Source of the DNA: a virus | Strand: one strand, 5' to 3' | DNA: 64,000 bases | Virus record (IMG/VR): IMGVR_UViG_3300045988_151351 | Span: 64,001-128,000 of that record | Shown here: in pieces, positions 33,301 through 45,524 of the stretch | How the letters are laid out: the number at the start of each line of letters is the position of its first letter | Numbering within the stretch: position 1 is the first letter of the stretch | Made by a program: the position numbers and the translations under genes | Notes under the pieces: generated by a model | What the model saw: the letters and a program-made list of their open reading frames with translations, nothing else | What the model was told of the DNA's origin: nothing | Databases searched by the model: none

Positions 33301-35118
33301 ACTCTGATTTCGGAATTCTTTCCAAGCATCATCATCAGTCCAATCCTATTTAGAAGAATCTGCTTCATCACTGGCTTTATAACGAGTATATTTAGTAATA
33401 ACCTTAGTATAATTCTAAGGATTTCTAATTTTAAATTGAATTTCAATAGTATGCGTAGAGGTAGCACTACCATTATCAAACTCCAATGAACCAATAGGAA
33501 TAGAAATTTCAGCACCATTACTAATTCTTAAACAAGTTACATTATTTTCATCAAATAGCCAACCATTATTATACCAGTTAAAATTCTTAAACGTTGCACG
33601 CTTACCATTAATTTCAAGAGTTTCTCTGCTTAATTTACTTTCTGAATTTGAACGTCCAGTAGCAACAAAATTAACTTTTAAATCACTTTCACGCGCTAAC
33701 TTCATATCACGTAATGGATCAACTGAAATATCAAAAGTAAAATTACGAGAATAATCATACGGTTCTGTACCAACTTTAATAGTATAATAAGCGCTATCAT
33801 TTACAGCAAGATTAGTAATTTCCCAATATTCCCATTCAGCATTATTAGAAGTAATTTGTCTTGTACCAATTAATACACCATTTTTATATAAATAGACTGT
33901 GGCAATTTGATTATTTGGATCTAATACTTTAAAAGGAATTCTAATTGTTTCATAAGTATAGTATTCTGTTTTAAAATTACCAGTCCAAATTAAAGGAATT
34001 AAGCTCGTTCTATCTCTAATAGCAATTTCTTTAGTAATAAATGGCGTTCCATTACCTTTTATTCCATTCTAAGATAAATATAATTTTGCTTTAATAGTAT
34101 GTTCTCCATGAGTAAAAACATCTTTTAAAGTAGTCGCTTTAGTTGAATTTAAAATAACTGTATCAGCAGTAATAGTAAAATCATCATTAGCTTGATTAAT
34201 GTTATCTCCTTTATATTCTCTATTCAAAACTAGATAATCATCAAAATATACTTCTATGGTACGTTCTACTCCACTTGACATTAACCATGCTGTTCTCACT
34301 GAACCATCATCAAAAGGATAAATATTAGAAAAATTATCTTCCTTCCAAGATAAATCCAAAGCATGTTTTGTAATAAATACAGTACGCTTAGTTGGCGCTA
34401 AAAATTTATTATTTTCAGGGTCTGGATTGTTAGTAATATCAAAAGTAATTTGATGAGTAGTTGAATCTCTTAATACTTCTGTTAAATCAAATGTTTGAGC
34501 AACATTATGATTGAATACAACTCTATCACTTTGCCAAATTACTTCATATCCTTCACCAGATTTATTTTGCTAACTAACTGTTATTTGACCTTCTACAGAC
34601 TCTGCTTGCGGCACGTTATCTATAGTACGGCACTTAACTAAAACAGTCACACTAGCCTATTCATTATTTAAAATATCTTGTGTACAATTTAAAGTTAAAG
34701 AAGTAGAACCTAGTACTTTTTTTTCAGAGCTTTCGTCACTTCCTCCACCCATTGTTAATTTTTCACATTTTGCACATTCTTCTCGATCTTCATTTAATCC
34801 AGTTCCTATAATGCGATAAAAGCATCCATCTGAATTTAAAATTAAATCATTTATATGATAATTTGTTGTCGATAACTTACCAATCTCAATTAAATAATCA
34901 ATAGGATTCTCATCTATATCATATTCAATTTCTGCGTTATCATCAGTACCATATATTACCTATACGCCACTAGAACCAATGGGTAATTTATTCTCGTCGG
35001 CAGTATCTAAATAAATGCGGCCAGTATCAGTGGCAACATAAAAATATCCTTCAGTCTAAGGAAAATTTTTAATCTTTTCTTCTAGGCCTTGTACTGGACG
35101 GAAATGAATTTTAGACAT
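27343..35118 (-). CDS. Giant virion-associated protein (about 2591 aa) with C-terminal BspA-type leucine-rich repeats
   Basis: An AAGGAG RBS precedes ATG 35118 (MSKIHFRPVQGLEEKIKNFPQTEGYFYVATDTGRIYLDTADENK...). Every minus-strand track ORF from 27850 to 34359 (ten ORFs) is in the same frame. Each gap from 27343 to 35118 was checked codon by codon and holds only TAG (more than 50 of them), never TAA or TGA. The C-terminus (...YFEFSDCLEKIGDYTFYKTNLN(Q)VERIPYSSSLKGLYIGSYAF(Q)ETQIGGKTKSFVLEGCKD...) is LRR-like. The gene ends at TAA 27343-27345. Confidence 0.5.
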
Positions 35119-35238
35119 ATTTTACTCCTTTCTATCCTATAAAAAAATTATGGGGAAAGAAGAACACCTTCTTTCCCCATAAAAACATTCTTCTATATAA
35201 GAAGAAAAAATTATAAGCAAAATTAATTTATATTGGCC

Positions 35239-36924
35239 TTAAAAGCTACCCCATTGTAATTCAACATTAATTTTAGCAGCTTCTGTACTACTACCATTAA
35301 CACACTCAACAGCTAATGTGTTACTATTAATTGTAATAGGAGCTAATTCTGTATCTACTTGATCTACTTTAACTACTGGAGTTAAAATATTACCATTACC
35401 AGCATGAGGAGCAGCTTCAATTATAGCATGAGTATCTTTTAATGTATAAGTTTTAGGAGTAACTTGTAAAATATGACCATTACTATCAATTTCAGTAGGA
35501 TCTTGAATAGTAATTTCTAAACTACCATTTGAACCATATTCAAGAGTTTTAGAAATAGCAGTAGCATTTGATTTCTTTGTTGCTACATGTTTTAAGGTAA
35601 CTACTTTTGTTTTATTAGTAGTAGCTGCTTCAACTCGCAAACTATCATCGGTAGCAATTTCGAAAGTAAGAAGTTCATCACTTAATCCTCTAAAAATTGA
35701 GAAATTAGGATTAGATTTATTAGCTCCTAATGTATCACCAATTTCAACTAAAGGTTCATCCGCCGAAGGCACATAGACCCAAGTTAATTGATCGCTAGGA
35801 ATTAAACCATTTGCCCCTTCTTCACCAGAAGCAATAAATAAATCTCCTTGACGTACCTTATAACCATTATATAAACTCTCATTGGCATCATTATAAATAA
35901 ATACATCACCATTATGCAAATTAGAAGTAGTATAATTTGTATTTTCAAACGTAAATACTCCATCAGCAATTCTAGTAATGGCTCCACGATAAACCATTGC
36001 ATTTAATGTACGATTAAGATTATTAATTTCCTCTTTTGTATATACATCTAAAGTAGCCGCTCCATCTGTAAAATGGACAGAAACTGGATTATCAACACCA
36101 TAAGTAATAAGAGGATTAATGGTCTAAGAAATTTGTTGGCCTTCAACGGCACTACCAGTAACAGTAAATTGAAAACCTTCTCCTGCATTATCAACAGTAA
36201 AATCTTCAACTTTATTCTTTAAAGTTAATTTATACTAATTAGATTCTGCATTAACAGTTTCAAAATTTAAATTATCATCTGGAATAATAGCAACAGTAGT
36301 GCCGCTATCATTTTCAACACCAATATTTTTTAAAGTAATATTTAATTTTTGATGAGTTGTATCTTCAGCAGAAACATTTTCAATAGAACTCTATAATTTA
36401 TAATCAATACCATCTAATTTAAAAGTTACGATATTATTAATAGTATCTACATCAAGAGTAATATGTTCTCCACCGACAAGAGTATGAACTTGAGTAATTG
36501 AATTTCCAGCAGTATCAGTAATAGTCTAAGTAATTGTCGCTTTATCTGCTTCCGGATAACCTACTTCAATTGAACTAGTTTCACTACTTAGCGTAGTGTC
36601 AACATTAGTCTAAACCCAATTTTTACCATTACTAATACAAAGAATATTATCCTTACTAACATAGTAAAAATTACCTGCATTTAATGCATTAGGAGTTGGT
36701 AAGTTTGCGGTAGTTTCAACATTCGTAATACCCTAATTAACAGGGGCAATATTAGTCGAATTAACACCATAATATAATCTACCTGGTTTGCCTAACGAAT
36801 CAGCAGTTGCTCCAGCAGTATCATCAATTACTAAATAAAAAGCACCAGGCTAATATTGACCAGCTGCACATAAAGCTTCAAATTGGGCTTGAGTGCCTTT
36901 TAAAAATTTTACAGCTTCACTCAT
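35239..36924 (-). CDS. Tail-fibre protein (about 561 aa) with the conserved fibre N-terminal motif
   Basis: An AAAGGAG RBS precedes ATG 36924. The N-terminus MSEAVKFLKGTQAQFEALCAAGQY(Q)PGAFYLVIDD...GKPGRLYYG matches the widespread (K/R)GTxAQxxAL...LYFxxD...GxLYxG fibre N-terminal motif. About 8 TAG codons join it to track ORF 35239..35997. It ends at TAA 35239. Confidence 0.55.
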
Positions 36925-36932
36925 TTATTATT

Positions 36933-37625
36933 TCACTCTCCTTTAATATCTTTCCAAGTTAAAGTATTTTCAAGAGCACTTACACGATTAGTTAAATCAG
37001 TAGAAGTCTCTAAGAATGTATTAACTTGACTTATAGTTTCCTCAGATAATGTACCAACAACTTTTTTCCAAATACCATCAGCTGCTAAAAATCTATCAGC
37101 AGGACCCTTAGTTGGCACAGGAACTAAACCGCTAGTACCATCTTCAGTTTCAGTAGCTCCTGTCATTATTGTGCCAACAGGAATTGACATCCATGCACCG
37201 TTGTCAGTTAGAACTTTTCCTTCAATGCCATTTGGATTAACTGGGATAAGTCCATTTTCAGTACCATTAAAAACAGGAACATATCTAACAACATTTTCTT
37301 TTGTTAAAATTCTATCAACCAATGAACTAATTAAAGTTTCATTATTAGTTAATTGAGTATTAACCCAACGAGTACCATTATAAATTAATACATCATCAGT
37401 ATTTAAATTATTGATAACTATATCAGCTAATTCTGATAGTTTACCAGCAGTATTTAAACCACTACTAATTAAACGAGTACCTAAATATAATTTACCTGAA
37501 TTATCTTCAGCGCTAGTAATAAAATATAAAGTATCTTCATCCTTAATCTTTAAAGAATCATAAGCGACTTGAGAACCTCTTTGGAATTTAACATATTTTT
37601 GGGTAATATCTGGCAATTTAATCAC
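36933..37625 (-). CDS. Tail-fibre protein (230 aa, no TAG)
   Basis: Track ORF. The N-terminus VKFQRGSQVAYDSLKIKDEDTLYFITSAEDNSGKLYLGTRLIS carries the same motif. Repeats GTENGLIPVNPNG...GKVLTDNGAWMSIP and GTSGLVPVPTKGPADRFLAADGIWKKV are typical phage-fibre collar repeats. Confidence 0.6.
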   Translation of the reverse strand: MIKLPDITQKYVKFQRGSQVAYDSLKIKDEDTLYFITSAEDNSGKLYLGTRLISSGLNTAGKLSELADIVINNLNTDDVLIYNGTRWVNTQLTNNETLISSLVDRILTKENVVRYVPVFNGTENGLIPVNPNGIEGKVLTDNGAWMSIPVGTIMTGATETEDGTSGLVPVPTKGPADRFLAADGIWKKVVGTLSEETISQVNTFLETSTDLTNRVSALENTLTWKDIKGE

Positions 37626-37664
37626 TCCTTTTTCTGTTTCTTCCTTTTATTTATAAAAGTTATC

Positions 37665-37700
37665 TCAATAAATTTATAAAAGCTTGGCCTATTAGACCAA
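37665..37700. terminator. Intrinsic terminator hairpin
   Basis: aaagcttggcc tatta gaccaagcctt with A/T runs on both sides. It lies downstream of the gene ending at 37711 (minus strand). Confidence 0.45.
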
Positions 37701-37710
37701 GCCTTTATTA

Positions 37711-39822
37711 TTAACTAGTTGTTGTAGAATTATCTTCTAATATTTTAATTCTTTCTGCTAATGTATCAATATATGCACATAATTGTTGAATAGTTTTACT
37801 GTCGTTATTTACAGTAAATTTATCAGTTGTCTAAATATATGTATTTGGAATTGAATCTAATTTCGCATTCCATGCAGTTCTCTCTTCTGGAGTAATATGG
37901 ATATTACTATTAGTATGAGTGTCTAAAGCGCTCTATAAAGCACGACTATTAATATTAGTAGTTAAATTAGTTTCTAAAGTAGATAATTTATTAGTAACTT
38001 CTGTATCCCAATCACTAATTTTAGCATGGGTTAATGATGGGATATCATCTGCTTTTAATGATGTTCTTGTTACTTTAATTTTACCTTTTTCTTCTGACAC
38101 AGCAGTAACAAATTCTTTACTTATCGCCTAATCTTCAACTTTTAATGTATCAATCTTATTATTTACATAATTTTCTGCCGCGCTTAAATTCGAAGCTAAT
38201 TTAGTTGAAATTGCGTTAATACTATCTTTTAAGGTAGAAGTACTATTAAGCCCCAAATCAGCATTTGTATAATCTTCAACACCGATTTGTAAATTACCTA
38301 AATAATCTTTTATTTCAACAAATTTTCCGTTTTCTGGAGTAAAAGTTAAGCTTGTAATTACATTACCAGTATCATCTGATTGATAAGAGCCTTTTGGGAT
38401 AGTAATATTTCTAGTCTCGCTCTAAGATATTACATGTCCACAATCATCTACAGTAAAGCTTGGAATTTCTATTGTTTCACCAAATTTAGGAGTCTAATTT
38501 GCATTTGGTGCTATTGTTTTATTATCTAACTTAATGGAAGTATGGAATAATTTAAACTATGTTAATTTATTATCAGCATTAGGAATAGCTTTATAATTAA
38601 TCCAACTATCTCCAAGAATTTCTGCCGATTTAATAATTTTATCTCCAGTATCAGCATCTTCTTCTGGAGAAGCATATAATAATTTACTAGCTTCTAAATT
38701 AACATTATTAAACTTTTTATTTAATCTATTTAAAGCGCCAGAAACATTATTAGGATTATAATTTAATTCTCTTTCTTCACCATAAAGTAAGTCATAAACG
38801 CGACAAGCAGCATTTCCAAGACCAGGTAATTTAATTACAAGATTTTTAATATCATTAGTTTTATATTCACCTGTTATACCGTCCTATTCAACATCATAAT
38901 AATAAGGATAATTAGTAGTACCTAAAGTATAAGTAATACTATTTTCTTCATTACTAAGATGATGAATTTTTTCATCAAATCCAGCAGCATTAAAATCAAT
39001 ATTCTAAGGATCTAAATTTAATAAAAAATTAGTAGGCACTTGAATACGATAATTAATATTTGTACTATTAATTTCATCAATAGAAACATACGGAGGCCAA
39101 TAAGGAGTTCCATCAGGATTAGTATAAACAGAATAATATTTTCTATCAGCTACAAAAGGTCCAGTGTCTTGTACATAAGATGTTCCATTAAAATAATAAT
39201 ACTTATTAGGCTAATAAGTATCTTCGTTTAAATCTATTAGAGTGTAAATATCTTGTGGTGCTTGAGGTAAAATTTCAAATACTGGAACTATAGTATTTAA
39301 TTCAGCAATCTATACATATTTTTCTTCATTATTAATAAATTGTTTAATCCAAACTGTTGAATCATATCCACGTCCATATTTTTGGTAATCAATATCATAA
39401 TTTAATTTATAGGCTTCGTCATCTGGGGTATTTTCTATTACACTATATCCAGATAATTTTTTCCATATTTGATTACGTGAACTATTTTCTAATACGCCTT
39501 GATAATAATCATATCGAGAACCAGAACTAAAATTTACTCTTGCTTTTACTATTTTACGTTCAACCCAAGGAACAATATATATACTGTCTCTTTTAGTAGG
39601 ATCACTATAAAAAGTATTAATACGAGTAGTTAAAGAACCATCAGTATAAACTTCTTGAATATCATTTAAAACAGTAGCACCATATTCAACTAACACATAA
39701 CGTCCTAAAAATACACCATCACCAAGGGCACAATCAGCATCCATATCACGTCTATTTGCATAAATTTTATCAAAGGAGAATGTAGTCTTTGATGTATTTG
39801 TTATATTACCATAAAAACCCAT
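37711..39822 (-). CDS. Structural protein (about 703 aa), baseplate- or fibre-like with a coiled-coil C-terminal half
   Basis: A GGAGG RBS precedes ATG 39822 (MGFYGNITNTSKTTFSFDKIYANRRDMDADC...). Track ORF 39310..39852 is in the same frame as the TAA at 37711-37713. The C-terminal half contains heptad-like ...KLSTLETNLTTNINSRALQSALDTHTNSNIHITPEERTAWNAKLDS... Confidence 0.4.
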
Positions 39823-39823
39823 A

Positions 39824-40170
39824 TTATCCCTCCTCGTATAAAATATCCACAATTAAATAAGCATTGGTATTTTGATTAATTAAATTCATGGAAGCTTTAT
39901 CAAATTTAATAGAAGTTATATAAGAAATTCCTTCTAAATCTAATTCATAAATACCAGTACTTCCAACCATAACACTATTATCACTTTCATTTAAATAAAA
40001 CTTAACTCCAGGTACTGTCTAAATACCTAACTAAGTAATTAATACATTATTACCATTAATTTTAAATGCGGAACCATTAATTAATTTAGTCATACCTAAA
40101 GAAGTTCCACCGGGATAATTTTTTACATTATTTTCATTGTAATAACGAATCTATTTAATTCGCTTTGCCA
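39824..40170 (-). CDS. Hypothetical protein (about 115 aa, 3 TAG codons)
   Basis: A GGAGG RBS precedes ATG 40170: MAKRIK(Q)IRYYNENNVKNYPGGTSLGMTKLINGSAFKINGNNVLIT(Q)LGI(Q)TVPGVKFYLNESDNSVMVGSTGIYELDLEGISYITSIKFDKASMNLINQNTNAYLIVDILYEEG*. Confidence 0.4.
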
Positions 40171-40183
40171 TTTAGTGTTCCTC

Positions 40184-41338
40184 CTTAATATACTTTTGAT
40201 ATAGCTTTGGTGGCACTAATAGACATTGTTCCATTATAACTTAACGGAATAGTTAATTTATTAACTAAATATTCTCCTTCTACGCCACTTTTTTTATCTT
40301 CAATATAAATTCTAGTATTTGGTTCTAAATAATAAACTGGTAAAGTAGTTATTGTACTACTTTCAGTACAATAAGCAGTTGTCTATAATAAATCTTCCAT
40401 TTCATCAATGGCACTTTTACCCATAGAACTAATACTAAAATAATTATCATAATTTTTAGGGACATTTACCCAAACATATCCAGTTTCTTGAGGATAATTA
40501 TTTTCAACAATTCGATCATAGTCTCCTTGATTTAAAAATAACACTTCAGGTACATCTCTATAACTTATAACTTTTATATTAGTATCATTAACTGCTTTTG
40601 TTCTATCACCAATTAACTTTATTGAATACTTGCTAATATCACTATTTTCTTCTCCAATAAAATCAAACCAAAAATCTAAATTTTCTGGATATTGCTTAAC
40701 ATTATCATAGAATGTACGATGTTCAAAATCATAAATCTAACGCCAAAATGAAAAAATATCAGCATAATATGTTTCATATCCAGTTACTCCAGAAGGATAG
40801 AGAGTAGGGTTGGCGGCTGCTACTTTATGGAGAAAATCATCACCATAATTATATTGATAATAATCAACAGCCATACGATATATAATTTCGCGCCAATCAC
40901 AATAAATTATACCTGCCGGATCTCCATCTTCAGGGTAAGCTTTAAATGTTTGCTATTTTAGCTATAAATTCATTGTTTGAAATATTTCATTATTATAAGT
41001 TAAAGTTTTATATCTATTAATATCATCTTGAGTAACTATAATAGTTGTATATTGAACAGGCTTTGTGTCAATAGCATAACGCATATGGATTGGAAGTTCT
41101 TCTCCACTTGCGGATTTGCGCTATCCCCAAATTGAAAAATCATTTCTTAATATATTAATCTAAGGATTATTAGCGAACTAAGTTACTATCTAACTATCCT
41201 TAAATGAATAAGTATAAGAAGAAGAATAAACTGCCGGTTTAATATAACTTTCTCCTTCTGATTTTTTAACTATATTATTCCATGATTTAAAATCGTAAAA
41301 TTTTTTGCGCTAAAAAATAAACCTACCATCAATATCAT
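40184..41338 (-). CDS. Structural protein (about 384 aa from the first Met)
   Basis: Hand translation checked between 40187 and 41280 finds only TAG stops. It ends ...LTIPLSYNGTMSISATKAISKVY* at TAA 40184. This frame is +1 relative to the upstream gene, with which it overlaps by about 60 nt, and its start lacks an RBS (see findings). Confidence 0.35.
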
Positions 41339-42500
41339 AAAAATATTCAAAACAACTTAACATATTCTTAATTTTGTCTAAGACTGATGTTAAAGTATCA
41401 CCAACATTAGTTATTAAATCTCCAGCATATACTAAATCACAAATTCGATAACCGACTGGTTCTCCATACGATTTTTTAGCAATAGTATAAACTGTAGGAT
41501 TAGGCGTATCTAAAGATAAAATAATTCTAGTTGGCTAATTTTCTTCTCCTAATAACTTATAAGAATCTAGCTAATCAAATATAATCTATTCAAGAGGAAT
41601 TGGTCCATGACTTATTTCTTCATATAAATTAGGAAGATTATCTCCAATTACTACATTCACTACACGACCTGTCTCAGCATCTCTAAAGAAATACATATCA
41701 GCATCACATTTATTTTGTAATAATTCATAACCATATTCATCTAAATCATTAATAACAATATTAGATTCTAATTCTTTACCATAAACCATCAAGGCTTTTT
41801 TAATAATAGTCTTAATAGGTACTTTAACTAAATCTAAAATACGTTCACGATAATAATAAGTTCTATTTTCTGTTTTAATTTCATTTTCGTCTAAAACATA
41901 ATATATTTTCTCATTGCCATTAGTAGCAATATAATAATTATTATACTTTTTTGCTTCTTCTTCACTATTCACTCTAAAACAGTAATGTCCAGCATCATAG
42001 TTAAAATCATTATCTTGAACAATATAATTATATTTAATAACTTCTTCCTAACCAAAGTCAATAGAAGCAGGTAAACTTCCTCCAAGGTCACCGTTTAATA
42101 AACACATTTTATCTTTACCTTGAATAGAAATTGTATAATTACTAGCGCTTTGAGAAGTATTAAAAGAAGTTATTAAATAAATACCTTCATTAAACCAAAT
42201 AATATCAGGGTAATTTGAATCAATAGTATTTTTTAAACCAACAGCAAGATTAAATTTAGATTTTAGTCCCCACATATATTGCTTATATAACTAATCATTT
42301 GTTACCATAGTCAAAGAACAAGATCTGCGGACAGCAGATGACCCATCAATATTAATAGATCCAGTCGTTATCTTGCCTTCAATCGTTTCTATTGGTAATT
42401 CATCAAAAGTCATTAACTCAATACGTGCATAAACTTCACGTTCATGGAGACTATCTAATTTTCTTAAAAATTCTTTATCAAGATTCTATTGATGTCTCAT
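41274..42500 (-). CDS. Structural protein (about 408 aa)
   Basis: A GAAAGAGG RBS precedes ATG 42500 (MRHQQNLDKEFLRKLDSLHEREVYARIELMTFDELPIETIEGKITTG...). It runs through track ORFs 42048..42275 and 41586..41972 (same frame, joined by TAG) and ends ...FQRKKFYDFKSWE* at TAA 41274-41276. Confidence 0.4.
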
Positions 42501-45357
42501 AATTATTTATAGCCTCTTTCAAATATTTAATAAATAAATTATATTTATTATTTACATCAGCTTGCTTAGTTTTTATCATATCATTATAAGTTCTTAACTA
42601 CGATTCATACAGAGAAGCGTTGATTGAATTTGGAGTAAATGGTAACATATAGACTCCATCATCTGAATTATCATCTTCTCCGCGCTTTAGTCCCTGATAT
42701 ACCTATAAATCATTATAAGCTTTTTGCCATTCAGTTTTTAACTAATAAATAGTCTTTTCAACATAAGTGTTTCCAGTAAAAACTTTATATTTAGTACTAT
42801 TATCGTTTTCAAAAGAAAATACTTTCTCTTGACGTTGAATAGATAATTCACATAAAATCCCAGGATCAATTTCTACTGAAGTAATATCACTTAAATCAGT
42901 AACGAAATATTCATTTTTATGAGTAATATCAATTAATTCTTTATCATCATTATTAAAACGAATTTTATAATCCCATTCATCTTCTGTAACTAATCGGCCA
43001 TTATAAGTGATTGGCTTCTAAGTATTACCATCATAAAAATAAGGCACAGAATCAGTAGGAGGATTATTCATTTCTGTTGATAAATTATAAACCTTATAAA
43101 TTAAAGATCTATCAAAAGAAGTTAATAAATCATTTGATTTTTGTTCACGAGCGCCACCAGGAGATAAATAGAATTTCTTTCCATCTAAAGTATAAATAGT
43201 CTATAATTCTCGTTTAGTAAAACGCATAAAATAAATCTTTAATACAGTATATTTTAAGTCATCCTAATACTAATCTAAAATATTGCCGCCATCCACACTA
43301 TAGCATTGCTCTAATGGTAAATCAGCGATTTTAACATCTTCTATAATATCAAATTTGCTTTCTTGAGTTCCCATAAATGAATACTCGATAGTTCCTTGCT
43401 AAATACCCTAATCAGAAATGTTTACAATTTCTAATGTATATACTGGCATTGAATGGTCAATTAAATAAGCACCAGTAACACCAATAACTACTTCTTCATT
43501 ATTAATTTTAAATTTGTCTCCTGCGCTAAATCCTTGTAAGCGCAATGTTATCGCAGGCCCATTAAAGATTAAATTTTCTGTATATAATCTTTTATGAGTG
43601 GGATTTAATGAATCATTTTCTACTTTACAAAATTGATAAGTAGCTAGTAATGATTCAATATTAACCTCTAATTCTCTTTTAGTTTGATTTAACTTATTAA
43701 TAGATTCAGTATTTGTTTCCGTTGTTAATCTATCAATACAATCATTATAACTTTTAAGGCAACTATTTAATTTATAAATCCCATAAAGAGATAAACTATT
43801 CCATTTAAGAATTTCACTATTAGGTTCATCAGCATCAACAAATCCATAAGAATTAAGATTATCAAAAGTAACCTTATCAATCTCATAAGCTGTTCCTTTA
43901 AATGAATGTAACATACGTCCTAATGTATCTTGCGGAGTTAATGTAACATTTAAAAGTCTAACAATAAAATTGCCTTCTGCCGGAGATTTAAACAATTTAG
44001 GCTTTCCGTTAGTTAAAAATTCTAAAACTTTAGTTTTAAATTGACGCTCTATATTATAATTATAATCTGTTAAATCAGTGCTAGTAAAATCCTTTATTTC
44101 ATCATTTCCTAATTTATTTATAAATAAATGACTTTCATCTTGTAAATAAGAAATTAGCCCACCAATAGGAAATTCATGATAATAAGTATTTCCATTACGG
44201 AAAATATAAGGATATTGACTTCCTATAGTATCCATTTTAGTTTCTAAAGTATTAATTTTAAAACTTTCTACTTTAGGATTAAATCTAATTTTTAACAATC
44301 TACCATTTTCATATAAAAAGCTATCTTCAAATATACTATAAATTATATTAGATAAAATTTTATTTGAACGCAAAGAAGTTGCATCACTATACTATTGAAT
44401 AGCATACTGATAAGAAAATCCATGCTCAACAGTAAAGTCTTTATATAATACACGACTAGGCGCTTCACCAGTTAATTTAAATTTAAGAATAGGATTCCAA
44501 GAACTATAGTTATCTTCACTACTAGCTCTTAAAAGAATAAAAGCTCCAGTAGCAGGAATCTCTGATTTAGTAGCAGCATCTTTAATACCTTTTAAATTAA
44601 TTTGCGCAAATCCATTATTTTCATCCATGACTGCTTGTAAAGTAGCACGAATTTCAGGGTCAATCGTTTCTCTATTAATAATACGATATTCAGGACTAGT
44701 CGCCTCATAATTATTAATTGTAGTAACTTTATACTAAATATAATAATTTTTACCTTTAATTAATTCTTTATTTAACTCAAAACTATCATATGACTCATAT
44801 AACTGTTCATCATTGATAGTGTTATGTAGCTATTCTCCAGAAGTAGCAAATACATTATGGTATTCATCATATACAATAAATTGATAAGAATAAACTCTTT
44901 CAGTTACATCACCATTATATTGACTATAATGACCAATAAAATTAGTTTTATTAATACCAATACCACCTGACTCCAATCCTTCAATTTCTACTTTTGGATC
45001 TGTAGTATATTTAACAATACCAACTGTAGAATAATATCCTATAACTTTATTATTATCAATATAAGCTAATTGAACCTTATAAGACTACCCTAAATTTAAT
45101 TGAAAAGCATTGCCATTAATTTGTTTAAACTTTAATTGGAAAGTAATTGAACCACTATTAATAGCATCTTGTGCTTGAGATGAAACAATCTAACCTTGCG
45201 CAATTACTACATTACTTTGTATAGTTTTAAATATATAAGCGAATCCACTAACTTCTGCCGCACTTACAGTTTGATTCATCTGGAACGGAATAGTTAATTC
45301 CGTTCCAGTAAATGCAGGTAGCGTTCCACTTATATAAGGCGGATATAATTTATTCAT
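42478..45357 (-). CDS. Large baseplate/tail-like structural protein (about 959 aa)
   Basis: A GAGGAGG RBS precedes ATG 45357 (MNKLYPPYISGTLPAFTGTELTIPFQMNQ...). Track ORFs 44392..44628 and 43408..44373 share its frame. The region 42478-43410 was checked and holds only TAG stops. It ends at TGA 42478-42480, overlapping the next gene start. Confidence 0.45.
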
Positions 45358-45360
45358 AAA

Positions 45361-45522
45361 TTATTCCTCCTCTTGTTTTTGTTGTGTATTATTCTAACGA
45401 TAAATGAATTCTTTTAAACTTTTAATACATTCTCCCATTAAAATAGTATCTTCACCTTTCGTAGAAATACAAATTAATGTGTTATATAAAGCATTTAAAT
45501 AATTTAAATCCTCTTTATTCAT
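45361..45522 (-). CDS. Small hypothetical protein (about 53 aa)
   Basis: A GGAGG RBS precedes ATG 45522: MNKEDLNYLNALYNTLICISTKGEDTILMGECIKSLKEFIYR(Q)NNTQQKQEEE*. Confidence 0.3.
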
Positions 45523-45524
45523 TA

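Noticed and set aside
27343-35118. Splitting the 7.8-kb frame into the ten separate genes implied by the ORF track.
   Set aside because: All ten fragments share one frame, and all inter-fragment stops are TAG. Most fragment 'starts' are alternative codons (TTG/GTG) without an RBS. A few internal starts with RBS-like sequences cannot be excluded by hand.
43190-43230. The internal Met (MRFTKREL...) taken as the start of a separate gene between 42478 and 43408.
   Set aside because: Codon-by-codon translation shows it is in the same frame as the gene starting at 45357, with only TAG codons upstream and no RBS. It is an internal methionine.
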